Part shown: one piece after another, positions 8,927 through 17,705 of the stretch | How positions within the stretch are numbered: the first letter of the stretch is position 1 | Layout: the number at the start of each line of letters is the position of its first letter | DNA from: a virus | Taxonomy: Duplodnaviria; Caudoviricetes | DNA length: 33,133 nucleotides | Strand: one strand, 5' to 3' | IMG/VR virus record: IMGVR_UViG_3300006893_000016 | Span: 1 to 33,133 of that record | Program-made: the position numbers and the translations under genes | Notes under the pieces: model-generated | Told to the model about the DNA's origin: nothing | The model's database searches: none | The model's input: only the letters and a program-made list of their open reading frames with translations

Positions 8927-9094
8927 GTGCAAGGAATTTTGCACCAACAGCCACAACATCCGTTGAGTGAATCGATCGAGCGGCATCACTTCGTTTGGTT
9001 TCTCGCGGTCGGATTTTGTGCAGGACTAGGATGGGGGCTTGCGCATGAAATAATTGCGCTGGCTTTGTTCGTAGGGTCTCGATGGTTCCGATAA
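8927..9094 (+). CDS. Small membrane protein, 55 aa (not in ORF track)
   Basis: MQGILHQ...FVWFLAVGFCAGLGWGLAHEIIALALFVGSRWFR; AAGG before GTG. Confidence 0.5.
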   Translation: MQGILHQQPQHPLSESIERHHFVWFLAVGFCAGLGWGLAHEIIALALFVGSRWFR

Positions 9095-9109
9095 TGAAGA
9101 GGCAAAAAA

Positions 9110-9823
9110 ATGTTTGATCCATTGAAAAGGTCATGGCGAGCCGTAACGCTCGCGGTCATGTTGATGTTAGGTATCGTGCTGATCAGTAGCGCGCAACTGC
9201 AGCAATCAGGCGGCACTGGCAACACAACCATTACCGGCGCTCTGCCAACTGGTTCGAATGTCATCGGCCACGTCATCGCGGATAGCGGCAGCACCACTGC
9301 GGTTACAGGGACTGTTTCCTCTACCCAGTCTGGTACGTGGACGGTGCAACCAGGAAACACCGCGAACACGACAGCGTGGAAAGTGGACGGTTCCGGTGTC
9401 ACGCAACCCGTATCCGGTACGGTCACGACCACGCCAAGCGGCACGCAAACTGTCGCTGGGACCGTTACCGTCAATGCCCTGCCCACCGGCTCCAACGTGA
9501 TCGGCACGGTCAACTCGATTCCGAAAACAGCTTGCGGCAACACGGTGGCCTCGCAGGCACTCGCCGCGGTACCCACTTCAGCGACGGCAGTTTTCACTTC
9601 GACGACCTGCTTAATGGCGGTCATTCTAAACAATACCAACGGCTCTACGGTGACGGTGACAGTTACAGACAACGCAGGCACGCCGGTCAACGACGTTTTA
9701 ACCTTCACCATTCCAGCAAATTCGCAACTGATTCAGCCGCTCTACGGCGTGGCGTTCACTACTGGTATGAAGTGGTCCGCGTCTGGCACTGGCGTAACTG
9801 GAGCTGCACTGGGCTACCAATGA
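9110..9823 (+). CDS. Signal-peptide-bearing Thr/Gly/Val-rich fibre-like protein with C-terminal beta domain
   Basis: KRSWRAVTLAVMLMLGIVLISSA|Q leader; ALPTGSNVIG twice; VTGTV/VSGTV/VAGTV repeats. Confidence 0.8.
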   Translation: MFDPLKRSWRAVTLAVMLMLGIVLISSAQLQQSGGTGNTTITGALPTGSNVIGHVIADSGSTTAVTGTVSSTQSGTWTVQPGNTANTTAWKVDGSGVTQPVSGTVTTTPSGTQTVAGTVTVNALPTGSNVIGTVNSIPKTACGNTVASQALAAVPTSATAVFTSTTCLMAVILNNTNGSTVTVTVTDNAGTPVNDVLTFTIPANSQLIQPLYGVAFTTGMKWSASGTGVTGAALGYQ

Positions 9824-10275
9824 GACTTATTTTAACTCTCGGATTACTTTCGATCTGCGCATGGACGTCTAGCGCACAGGTCAATAATTCCGCGCCAGCG
9901 CAGGTGCAGATCACGACTGCTGGTGGCAATCCCTGCCTAAATCCCGCCTCTATCTTGAACGCCGTCCTCATAAGTACCTCGGGCACATCTTCCGTTCAGA
10001 TGGTCGCCTTGAGCGGCACGACCAAAATTTATCCGTGCAGTCTAAATGTAGTGGGAGTGTCAGGAACCAGTCCGACATTTTCAATTGTGTACGGAACTGG
10101 GACGGCCTGCGCGACCGGCCAAACCGTTTATCTTGGCGCGTGGACGACAACCGCGAACACGGTTTATCAGTTTCACGGCCCGTTGCCGCCGACGCCCGCA
10201 GGGCAAGCGCTCTGCTATTTGGATACAGGAACAACGCCGATTCAGCGAGTGACTTTGAGTTATGTGCAGCAATAA
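9820..10275 (+). CDS. Signal-peptide-bearing small beta protein, 151 aa
   Basis: ATGA overlap; MRLILTLGLLSICAWTSSA|Q leader; four Cys in mature part. Confidence 0.8.
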   Translation: MRLILTLGLLSICAWTSSAQVNNSAPAQVQITTAGGNPCLNPASILNAVLISTSGTSSVQMVALSGTTKIYPCSLNVVGVSGTSPTFSIVYGTGTACATGQTVYLGAWTTTANTVYQFHGPLPPTPAGQALCYLDTGTTPIQRVTLSYVQQ

Positions 10276-10287
10276 AAAGGAGGAAAG

Positions 10288-10566
10288 ATGAAGCCAAGCA
10301 TCGGAAGGATCGTGGTCTATGTTGAGAAACACCAGTTGGACGACGAACCAATCGAAAAGGCCGCAATAATTTCGGGAGTCAATGAAAACGGTTCCGTAGA
10401 TCTGCACGTCTTTCAGCCGGTAACTTCTAGCGCCCATCGCGGTTCGCCCTACACGCCAGTGACCTCGGTCGGTCGCATTACTTTCAGCGAGGGTAAAAAT
10501 CCTGGTTGCTGGCACTGGCCACCGCGAGTTGACGAATCAAGCAGACCGGAACCGAAGGAGAAGTAA
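10288..10566 (+). CDS. Conserved-type phage hypothetical protein (PSIGRIV...WHWPPRV)
   Basis: AGGAGG SD; terminal motifs typical of a widespread small phage family. Confidence 0.85.
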   Translation: MKPSIGRIVVYVEKHQLDDEPIEKAAIISGVNENGSVDLHVFQPVTSSAHRGSPYTPVTSVGRITFSEGKNPGCWHWPPRVDESSRPEPKEK

Positions 10567-10586
10567 TTCTGAAAAAGACGGTGTAC

Positions 10587-10955
10587 ATGATCGCGTCGCT
10601 GCAAGCCCCAACAATCTACATCGGTAGGGACACTTGGGTGGCTTACCAACGGAGCAAAGCAAAAGAGTTCGACACCAAGGAAGAAGCTGAACGATACCTT
10701 GGAAATCTAAATGTGTCGAACGCTTGGCAAGTAGTTTCGCAAACAACGGAGGCAGCAATAGGAGGCAGCGACATGATCGTAACTTACCTAGTGGTGCTCC
10801 TGGCCATAATCGGCGGGCTCATCTACCTGCTCGTTGGCACGAGGCAGCCTGCCACACAGGTGGAGATGCGCTTGGCGGAAATCGGCCGGATCACCTTCTG
10901 CTGCGCGATGTTCGCCATTTGCTTTCACTATGCAGCGATGCTGGTGCGCTTATGA
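10587..10955 (+). CDS. Hypothetical protein with in-frame internal start at 10773 encoding a 60 aa two-TM protein (holin-like possible)
   Basis: GGAGG before ATG 10773; two hydrophobic segments. Confidence 0.55.
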   Translation: MIASLQAPTIYIGRDTWVAYQRSKAKEFDTKEEAERYLGNLNVSNAWQVVSQTTEAAIGGSDMIVTYLVVLLAIIGGLIYLLVGTRQPATQVEMRLAEIGRITFCCAMFAICFHYAAMLVRL

Positions 10956-11173
10956 AAAACCCAAGAGCGCAAGGGATTGCAGCCGTCCCATCAGTTCCAG
11001 CTCCACAGGCAGCGCAAGACCAGAATTTTCTATTCACGCTCATCGGGCGTCAGGCTGCGCAACTCGCGTTTACGAATCAGCAGATGCAGATACTCACCGC
11101 TGAGAATGAAGCGTTGAAAGAAACACTGGCGAAGCGAGACTCTTCGCCTGGAAATACAGGAGCAGCCTCATGA
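10952..11173 (+). CDS. Small coiled-coil protein
   Basis: ATGA overlaps both sides; heptad QMQILTAENEALKETL. Confidence 0.7.
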   Translation: MKNPRAQGIAAVPSVPAPQAAQDQNFLFTLIGRQAAQLAFTNQQMQILTAENEALKETLAKRDSSPGNTGAAS

Positions 11174-12210
11174 CCGCACGTTCGCGAGATTGGAATAAAC
11201 AGTTCCTTGGTGACCAAGGCGCAGGCGGATCAGTGGGCTATGTCACCGCACCAGCTGCAGGCGACGCAGCTGCAGGGAAGTTTTTGAAGGCGGATGGAAC
11301 GTGGGCGATTCCGAGTGGTGGTGGTGGTGGCACTCCCGGTGGCTCGAACCAGCAAATCCAGTTCAACGATGGCGGAGTGTTTGGGGGCAGTAGTGGATTT
11401 AGATTTGACCGCGCTCTTATCGCAGCTAGTTTAGGTCCAGGGTCATCGGTACCGGGGACAACGACGGGTACAGTGGACTCTCAAATTTTCAATGCACTAA
11501 GCCTTCTTCCTCCGCAAACAGCACTACCAAATACTCTTTTGACTACCGCTTATTTTCCAGATGTTCCTACCGGAGTTGTTTCAAATTTAGCTGTTGGGAC
11601 TCTTGCAGATTATGTTGGAGGTATCGATGCTGTAAATATTTGGGGTACTTACAGTGAGGCAACAACAACAACAAAGCCAACGAGTTTAGGTGCTCTGATT
11701 GGTTTGATAGGTGAAGCCGATTGGTACGGTTCAGGGAATGCGTTATTTATAGCTGGTATAGATGGTGAAGCATTCAACAATGGTACAGGGGGAGTGGATT
11801 CAAGCAGTCAATTGGCCGGAGGGTCGTTTACCGCTGACAACCTTGGCTCTGGAATAGTAGCGAATGCTTTCGCAATTATTACCTACGATACAGGCGGCAC
11901 TGGCCCGGCGACAAACTTTACGAGTATCCAGGTACAGTCTCAAAGTAATCCCACAATTGTTAATAAAACTGGATTGGAGATTCAGGATGTAGCGGGAGCT
12001 ACAACTAATTCCGCGATAAAGACAGGACTTGGGAAAGTCCAGTTTGGGGATTTCTTCACCACGCACGCTAACGCCGCACCCGCAGACGCACTGCTCTCCG
12101 CAGGCGAAATAGCTTTCTGGTTCGACAAAACAAACGGCGCATCGAAGTTGATGCTCAAAGCGAAGCAGGCGGATGGAACGGTTAAGACGGCTCAAGTAGC
12201 GTTAGCGTAA
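11170..12210 (+). CDS. Fibre/spike-like protein in head module
   Basis: APAAGD..KFLKADGTW and PGGSNQQIQFNDGGVFGG fibre motifs; Gly/Ala/Thr-rich beta body. Confidence 0.75.
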   Translation: MTARSRDWNKQFLGDQGAGGSVGYVTAPAAGDAAAGKFLKADGTWAIPSGGGGGTPGGSNQQIQFNDGGVFGGSSGFRFDRALIAASLGPGSSVPGTTTGTVDSQIFNALSLLPPQTALPNTLLTTAYFPDVPTGVVSNLAVGTLADYVGGIDAVNIWGTYSEATTTTKPTSLGALIGLIGEADWYGSGNALFIAGIDGEAFNNGTGGVDSSSQLAGGSFTADNLGSGIVANAFAIITYDTGGTGPATNFTSIQVQSQSNPTIVNKTGLEIQDVAGATTNSAIKTGLGKVQFGDFFTTHANAAPADALLSAGEIAFWFDKTNGASKLMLKAKQADGTVKTAQVALA

Positions 12211-12399
12211 AGGAGGAAGTTGATGCACGACTGTTCACAAGGAAAGCACCGCTGGTTGTCAGAAGAGCCAAAGGAAGTAATTTTTATTACGATTCGGTCT
12301 GGCGACGAAGACTTCAACTTCGATATTTGTTTGGAGTGCTGTCAACTAAGAAGATTGCCGGTGGGAACGGTGAAGACGGCTTCAGTAGCTCTTGCGTAG
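12175..12399 (+). repeat. 36-bp imperfect direct repeat (12175-12210, 12364-12399)
   Basis: 29/36 identical; GTVKTAQVALA* vs GTVKTASVALA*. Confidence 0.85.
12223..12399 (+). CDS. Small Cys/His protein, 58 aa (not in ORF track)
   Basis: AGGAGG SD; MHDCSQGKHRW...CLECC...GTVKTASVALA. Confidence 0.6.
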   Translation: MHDCSQGKHRWLSEEPKEVIFITIRSGDEDFNFDICLECCQLRRLPVGTVKTASVALA

Positions 12400-12418
12400 T
12401 TAAAACTCAGGAGGAGGA

Positions 12419-12604
12419 ATGAAAGCAGCCATGTCCACAGAAAAGCATCACGAAACGAAAGAGGCAATTCAGGAGAAAGCGAAGCCTAACATTCGCGAAC
12501 TATTGGCAGATGGTGTTGTATTCATTTCAGCGATCCAAGCGCAAAACGAGCACACGCGCGAATGGGTGCGCAAGGCGAAAGAAGTATTGGGCCACCACGA
12601 GTAA
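12419..12604 (+). CDS. Small hypothetical protein
   Basis: GGAGGAGG SD; helical 61 aa. Confidence 0.6.
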   Translation: MKAAMSTEKHHETKEAIQEKAKPNIRELLADGVVFISAIQAQNEHTREWVRKAKEVLGHHE

Positions 12605-12617
12605 CTGAGGAGCTTCG

Positions 12618-14003
12618 ATGCCCGAGACACCCGACAAACTGAACGGACACAAGATCGGTAGCGTGAAATATCTCAGCGCTGCGATCAAGAGTGTCGAGGA
12701 ACGTGACGACGGTCTGTATGTCGAGGGCTGTCTAGCGGCTGAGGAAGTGGACGGCGCCGGCGAAGTGATGGACTGGGAAACTTCACTCCCGCACTTCAAA
12801 TCGTGGAACGCCTATTTCGCGGAGAAGACTGCCAACGCTGAAGGCGGTGTGAGTGTTGGCAATCTCCGCGTGATGCATCAGTCGCGCGGTCCAGTGGCCG
12901 GAAAATTCGTCTCAATGAGCTACGACAACGCGGCGAAGAAGGTCGCTGTCGTCGCCAAAGTCACCGATGAAGTTGAGAAGAAGAACGTGCGCGAAGGCCT
13001 ATACACCGCCTTCTCAGTTGGCGCGAAGTATCTGAAAAAGTGGTACGACTCAACGCTCAAAGCTGTGCGCTGGACCGCTGGACCATTCGAGGGATCACTC
13101 GTGGATTATGGTGCGATTCCGAGTACCAATGGATTCACCTACCGCAGTCTCGATGGCAAAGAAGAAACAGTCACTTTCGATGGCGGTCGCCGGGCGCTGC
13201 GCGAAGCCTTCGAAGCCACCGGCAAAACTATCAGCACCGTCGAGGAAGACCGATTCGTGGTCAGCGCCGCGAAAGGCCTATACGGCGTTTCGAGTTTCGC
13301 GCAACTCATGTCCGAACTCGTGTCGCTGCGAGCCTCACTCAAGTATGAGCGCGAGTCTGAAGGCGACGATTCGCCGGTTACTGACCGCGTGTCCGAAGCC
13401 ACCGACGAACTTCTAGAATGTCTCGCTGCCTATACTCAGGAGGAAATCAGCGAGGAAATAACGAACGCAAAATTAACCACAAAATCAAAGGAGAGTGCGA
13501 TGGCAGACCTGGTAGAAATCACGAAAAAGCGAGATCAGTTGAGGGCGGAACTGGCCGCGGCAGATGCAACGTTCAAGGCTGCCGGCGGCAAGGATAAAGA
13601 GGAAGAAGACACTGAAGAAGAAAAGAAGGCCAAGAAAAAAGCCAAGGACGACGAAGAAGAGAAGAAAAAGAAAGCTAGCAAGTCTGCGGGCAATGGCGAC
13701 CAAGGCGATGGCGAAGTGGCTCTCAAGCGCGCCGATGTCGAGCAGATGGTGAAGGCTGCGGTCAGCGAAGAACTGAAATCCGTGAACGAAAGCCTCGGCA
13801 TCATCGCGGAAGCGGTCAAAACATTTGGCGCTGCACCAGTGGCGAGCAACGTCAACACTCGCGGCTTCGTCGTGACCAAGGACGAAGACACCAAAGAAAA
13901 AACCGCGGCTAAATCTGTCGGCGAACTCGCTGGCCAGGGCAAGACTCGCGAAGCTATTGGAGAAATGCGCAAGCAGCCGGCGTTCATCGCAGGCGGTCGG
14001 TAG
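12618..14003 (+). CDS. Prohead protease fused to scaffolding domain
   Basis: NLRVMH, YTAFSVG, EGSLVD (HK97-type protease motifs); charged helical C-half; precedes MCP. Confidence 0.85.
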   Translation: MPETPDKLNGHKIGSVKYLSAAIKSVEERDDGLYVEGCLAAEEVDGAGEVMDWETSLPHFKSWNAYFAEKTANAEGGVSVGNLRVMHQSRGPVAGKFVSMSYDNAAKKVAVVAKVTDEVEKKNVREGLYTAFSVGAKYLKKWYDSTLKAVRWTAGPFEGSLVDYGAIPSTNGFTYRSLDGKEETVTFDGGRRALREAFEATGKTISTVEEDRFVVSAAKGLYGVSSFAQLMSELVSLRASLKYERESEGDDSPVTDRVSEATDELLECLAAYTQEEISEEITNAKLTTKSKESAMADLVEITKKRDQLRAELAAADATFKAAGGKDKEEEDTEEEKKAKKKAKDDEEEKKKKASKSAGNGDQGDGEVALKRADVEQMVKAAVSEELKSVNESLGIIAEAVKTFGAAPVASNVNTRGFVVTKDEDTKEKTAAKSVGELAGQGKTREAIGEMRKQPAFIAGGR

Positions 14004-14080
14004 AAGAACAGCACGGATTTACAATTCGAAGATTTTTTCAGGCGACCCCCAGCGCCTGCATCCTTTGAAGGAGAAAAGAA

Positions 14081-15604
14081 ATGCAGGCACAAGGACTTAC
14101 GCAAGAAACGCTCGACGCCCTCAAAGCTATGCGGGGCGCGGGCGGCGCGGCCTATAAGGACATTACGACCGCGCTCGGTTACATCTCGTACGATCTGCAG
14201 CCCGTAGTCGATCGCACCTTCCCGAACATCACTCCGTTACGCAATGAAGTTCCACGCGTGAAGGGCAAGGGCGGGAATTCTACTCACTGGAAAGAAGTGT
14301 ACGCCATCAACGCCAACGGTCTTTCCCTTGGCGTTTCGGAACGTAACCGCAACGCGGCGGTCACGACGCAATTGCGCGACCACTTCGCGAAATATGCGGA
14401 GCTGGGCTTCGAAGACTTCGTGACCTGGAAGACTGATCAAGAAGCGCTCGAACTGACTCCGGACGTAAAGTCCATGGCCGTCGAGAATCTTTTGTATGCG
14501 ACGCTGCAAGCCGAAGAGAAAATTCTCCTGTGGGGCAACACTGGCGTTGGACCCAGCGGCAACTTCCCGGCGCAAGGTGGCGGCAACGGCATCGCACTTG
14601 GCATCGCTCCAACTCCGGTAGCGACCCTCGTCGCCGGCGGCGCTATGACCGCACAAGCAACCACCGTGTTCGTGGTTGCGCTCACTCCCGAAGGTTTCTT
14701 CAATTCTTCCATCGCTGGTGGCGTGCCCACTGTCGTCACGCGTGACAACGTAGACGGCACCAGTGACACGTACGGCGGCGGGAGCTCGCAGCTTTCTGCG
14801 GTGTCGAACACCATCACCACTGCCGGCGGCAATCTTTCCATTAGCGCGCATTGTGCGGTTGTGAAGGGTGCTGCAGGTTACGCCTGGTACGTTGGCCTGC
14901 TTGGTAGCGGCGCTGCAGGTGCACATCTTGCCGCGATCACCACCATCAACAGCGTGCTGCTCGTCGCAGATCCACTTGGCACTCAGGTTGCAAGCGTGGC
15001 CTCGGCGGACAATTCCGGAAACGGAATCATCTTCGACGGCTACATTTCGCAAGCGCTCAGCGGCGGCGGATTGTTCGTATCCCAGGCGACCGGGACCGAC
15101 GGCGTTGGTACCCCACTCACCGCAGACGCCTTCGGCAACATCAACGAATTCGAGACTGACTTCCAATATTTCTGGGACAACTACCGCCTGCAGCCCGACG
15201 ACATTTTGATGAGTGGGCAGGAAATTAAAAATGTCAGCAAGAAAATCGTGAACAGCGGCGCATACCGCGTCAATGTGACCGGCGAAGGATCTAAAGGCGA
15301 CCTTTCGGGCGGCAGCTTAGTGCGTAGCTACCTGGGCAAGTTCGCGATGGGCGGCGGTAAAGAAGTAACGCTGACGCTGCACCCGAATATGCCTGCTGGG
15401 ACGATCTTCTACCGCACCAAGAAACTGCCCTATCGCGTGCAGGGTATTGCGAATCTCGCGCAGATCCGCACGCAGCAAGAGTGGCGGCAGGTGGATTGGC
15501 CACCGGTTCATCGCAGCTGGGATTACGGCATCTACGCGAACGAAACGTTCGAGATGCATTTCTCGCCGGCGTTCGGCGTGCGCACCAATATCGCCAACGG
15601 ATAA
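14081..15604 (+). CDS. Major capsid protein with large internal insertion
   Basis: AAGGAG SD; TPLRNEVPRV, EEKILLWG, PDDILMS, LTLHPNMPAGTI; strong codon bias. Confidence 0.88.
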   Translation: MQAQGLTQETLDALKAMRGAGGAAYKDITTALGYISYDLQPVVDRTFPNITPLRNEVPRVKGKGGNSTHWKEVYAINANGLSLGVSERNRNAAVTTQLRDHFAKYAELGFEDFVTWKTDQEALELTPDVKSMAVENLLYATLQAEEKILLWGNTGVGPSGNFPAQGGGNGIALGIAPTPVATLVAGGAMTAQATTVFVVALTPEGFFNSSIAGGVPTVVTRDNVDGTSDTYGGGSSQLSAVSNTITTAGGNLSISAHCAVVKGAAGYAWYVGLLGSGAAGAHLAAITTINSVLLVADPLGTQVASVASADNSGNGIIFDGYISQALSGGGLFVSQATGTDGVGTPLTADAFGNINEFETDFQYFWDNYRLQPDDILMSGQEIKNVSKKIVNSGAYRVNVTGEGSKGDLSGGSLVRSYLGKFAMGGGKEVTLTLHPNMPAGTIFYRTKKLPYRVQGIANLAQIRTQQEWRQVDWPPVHRSWDYGIYANETFEMHFSPAFGVRTNIANG

Positions 15605-15615
15605 AACAGCTTTCC

Positions 15616-15723
15616 GGCGTTATGGCTCTCGTTCTCCTGGGGGAGGGCAGACTTGGCGCCGCGAATTCGACAGAGGGGCTGGCAGAGATCCTGAGTCAAA
15701 GTCAGCCCTTCGATCGAATTTTT
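15616..15723 (+). terminator. Two tandem stem-loops after MCP, second followed by T-run (terminator/stabiliser or ncRNA)
   Basis: GGCGTTA/TGGCGCC + GCTCTC/GAGGGC; AATTCGA/TCGAATT + GAGGGGCTGGC/GTCAGCCCTTC. Confidence 0.55.
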
Positions 15724-15943
15724 AAGAGGAACTCATTTATGCAGGCACATCAAGAGCGAGTCGTTAACGAGAAGAAAGAGTTGGACGAGAAGCGAGAGAA
15801 ACTTGGCACCTTCATCGAAGGTAAGATTTTCCAGACTCTGTCGCCGGAAGAACGTAATCGACTGGAGCGACAGGCGATTGCAATGACGACTTACTCAACG
15901 ATTCTCGGCGAACGCATTGCGGCATTCTCGAATTTTTAAGAGG
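15714..15943 (+). repeat. Exact 16-bp direct repeat TCGAATTTTTAAGAGG (15714-15729, 15928-15943)
   Basis: Direct comparison; brackets ORF 15739-15939. Confidence 0.9.
15739..15939 (+). CDS. crAss001_48-like small helical protein, 66 aa
   Basis: MQAHQERVVNEKKELDEKREKL..FI....F..L...E..RLERQ..AM..YSTILGERIAAF pattern; GAGGA SD. Confidence 0.75.
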   Translation: MQAHQERVVNEKKELDEKREKLGTFIEGKIFQTLSPEERNRLERQAIAMTTYSTILGERIAAFSNF

Positions 15944-15949
15944 GAATGA

Positions 15950-16741
15950 GTGGATCTTACGGACTTAGCCACGATCAAGAAGTATCTGAACCTGACGACG
16001 ACTTCGAGCGATGCCGTGCTGGCGTTTTTGGTGTCTTCACAGAGTCAGGTGTTCTATGACGAGATTGGACGACCAACGCTGGAAGCGGCCAACGTTACAG
16101 AAGTTCGCGACGGTCAAGGGTCCGACTTCATGCAGTTGCTGACTTATCCAGTAAATAGCTTTAGCTCACTTCAGATCGATTCCACACTAGTTCCAGCATC
16201 GAACGCATGGAACACATCGGGCTATCAGTTTGACGCTCTCGGCAAGGTCAGCCTAATCGGCTATCGCTTCTGTCTCGGTCGCAAAAACGTGGTGGCTACT
16301 TACAATGCCGGCTACGTGCCGGTCCCGGTGACTAACGAACTCCAGACCATTCCCGCTGGCACGCTGACGATCTTCGCTGCGCAATCCAACTGGCGCGCCG
16401 ACGTTAGCGTTAACTTTTTCATTGGTGGCGCGGCACTTACTCCAGTAGTCGGAGCTCCCGCTGCCGGTCAGTACTTCGTGCAGAACGGCGTGTATCTCTT
16501 CAACGTCGCGGACGTCGGCAAGCAAGTCCTGCTCAACTACAACCGCGCTGGCATTCCCATGGACGTCGTGCAGGCGGTCAACGAAATGGCTGCTATGCGT
16601 TATCGCCAGCGCGATCGCATCGACACCGACAGCGTGAGCATTGGCGGCACAGTTACGACTTACTCGAAAGACGATTACCCGAAAGATGTTTGGCGGGTGA
16701 TTAAAAAGTATAAGCGCTATTTCTTCGCGCCGGGATTCTGA
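15950..16741 (+). CDS. Head-tail adaptor (gp6/gp15-like) with inserted beta domain
   Basis: DLTDLATIKKYL, NVVATYNAGY, IPMDVVQAVNEMAAMRY, VIKKYKR. Confidence 0.82.
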   Translation: MDLTDLATIKKYLNLTTTSSDAVLAFLVSSQSQVFYDEIGRPTLEAANVTEVRDGQGSDFMQLLTYPVNSFSSLQIDSTLVPASNAWNTSGYQFDALGKVSLIGYRFCLGRKNVVATYNAGYVPVPVTNELQTIPAGTLTIFAAQSNWRADVSVNFFIGGAALTPVVGAPAAGQYFVQNGVYLFNVADVGKQVLLNYNRAGIPMDVVQAVNEMAAMRYRQRDRIDTDSVSIGGTVTTYSKDDYPKDVWRVIKKYKRYFFAPGF

Positions 16742-17217
16742 TGATTGAATTCGAACTACGCGGCGACACTCAGATTATCGCGAGGATCTCGCGCACAGCG
16801 GATATCGTCTCCGCGGAGATCATGCGTGCGCTGAATACCGTGAACACGCAGCTGCAGCGCCACATTCAAAGCGACAAGCTATCCGGCCAGGTGCTGAACT
16901 CGCGCACCGGCAATCTCAAGCGCTCGATCGTGCAGATTCCCGCAACGAATGAAGGTGGCTCGATTGTTGGCGGCGTCGGGATGGGAGCGGAGGCGCCGTA
17001 CGGACTCGCTCACGAATTTGGCGCCCACATCCCGGAGAGAGTGCCAGTTAATTCAAAGGCCTTGCATTGGATTGGAGTGAGCGGCGAGGAAGTTTTCGCC
17101 ATGCGCGCGCGTGCGTTCGATCTTCCTGAACGCAGCTTTATGCGCAGTTCGTTTGAAGAGTTCCGCGATCGCATCGAGGCGGATATCCGCGCGGCGGTTC
17201 ATGAGGCGGCAGTATGA
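16741..17217 (+). CDS. Neck / tail completion protein (HK97 gp10-like)
   Basis: RTGNLKRSI, PYGLAHEFG, PERSFMRSS. Confidence 0.85.
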   Translation: MIEFELRGDTQIIARISRTADIVSAEIMRALNTVNTQLQRHIQSDKLSGQVLNSRTGNLKRSIVQIPATNEGGSIVGGVGMGAEAPYGLAHEFGAHIPERVPVNSKALHWIGVSGEEVFAMRARAFDLPERSFMRSSFEEFRDRIEADIRAAVHEAAV

Positions 17218-17693
17218 CGAACACCTACACGCCGCCAACGCGTGAGCAGATTTACCAGGCGTTCTTTGCGCTAGTTTCTAGCGTGCAGATCGGCTCACCG
17301 CCAGCACTAGCGTTCAAGACCACAAGTCGTCGCCTCAAATCGTGGAATCAGGTTGCTGGCGAAGAGAAGCCAGCGTTTTACCAGTTGCTCGGCGCTGACA
17401 GTTTCAAGAAAAGCTATGGGATGCCCTATGCCAACAAACTTGGCCTAGAGCTTTTCCTGTTTGTACAGCAGCCCGACGACAACGACCTCATTAGCCCGCT
17501 TCTAACGAACTTGGTGGACCTGGTGGTCGCCGCGCTCCAACCGGCCGCTACGGATGAACTACAGACGCTTGGCGGCCTAGTTTACGACGTGTCCATCAAG
17601 GCCGCAGACCATCGCGAAGGGCTGATGGGCAACGACGCTTTTACTGTTATGGCAGTTGAGATTTCCACCGGCGGTTTACAGCCGGACCACTAA
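17214..17693 (+). CDS. Tail terminator-like protein
   Basis: TREQIYQAFF, QTLGGLVYD; position before tube. Confidence 0.7.
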   Translation: MTNTYTPPTREQIYQAFFALVSSVQIGSPPALAFKTTSRRLKSWNQVAGEEKPAFYQLLGADSFKKSYGMPYANKLGLELFLFVQQPDDNDLISPLLTNLVDLVVAALQPAATDELQTLGGLVYDVSIKAADHREGLMGNDAFTVMAVEISTGGLQPDH

Positions 17694-17705
17694 GGAGGAA
17701 ATAGA

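Noticed and set aside
9337-9819. N-terminal extension of ORF 9337-10275
   Set aside because: Overlaps ORF 9110; real start is ATG 9820 with signal peptide
13585-13680. A/G-rich low-complexity tract
   Set aside because: Explained by K/E-rich scaffold coding
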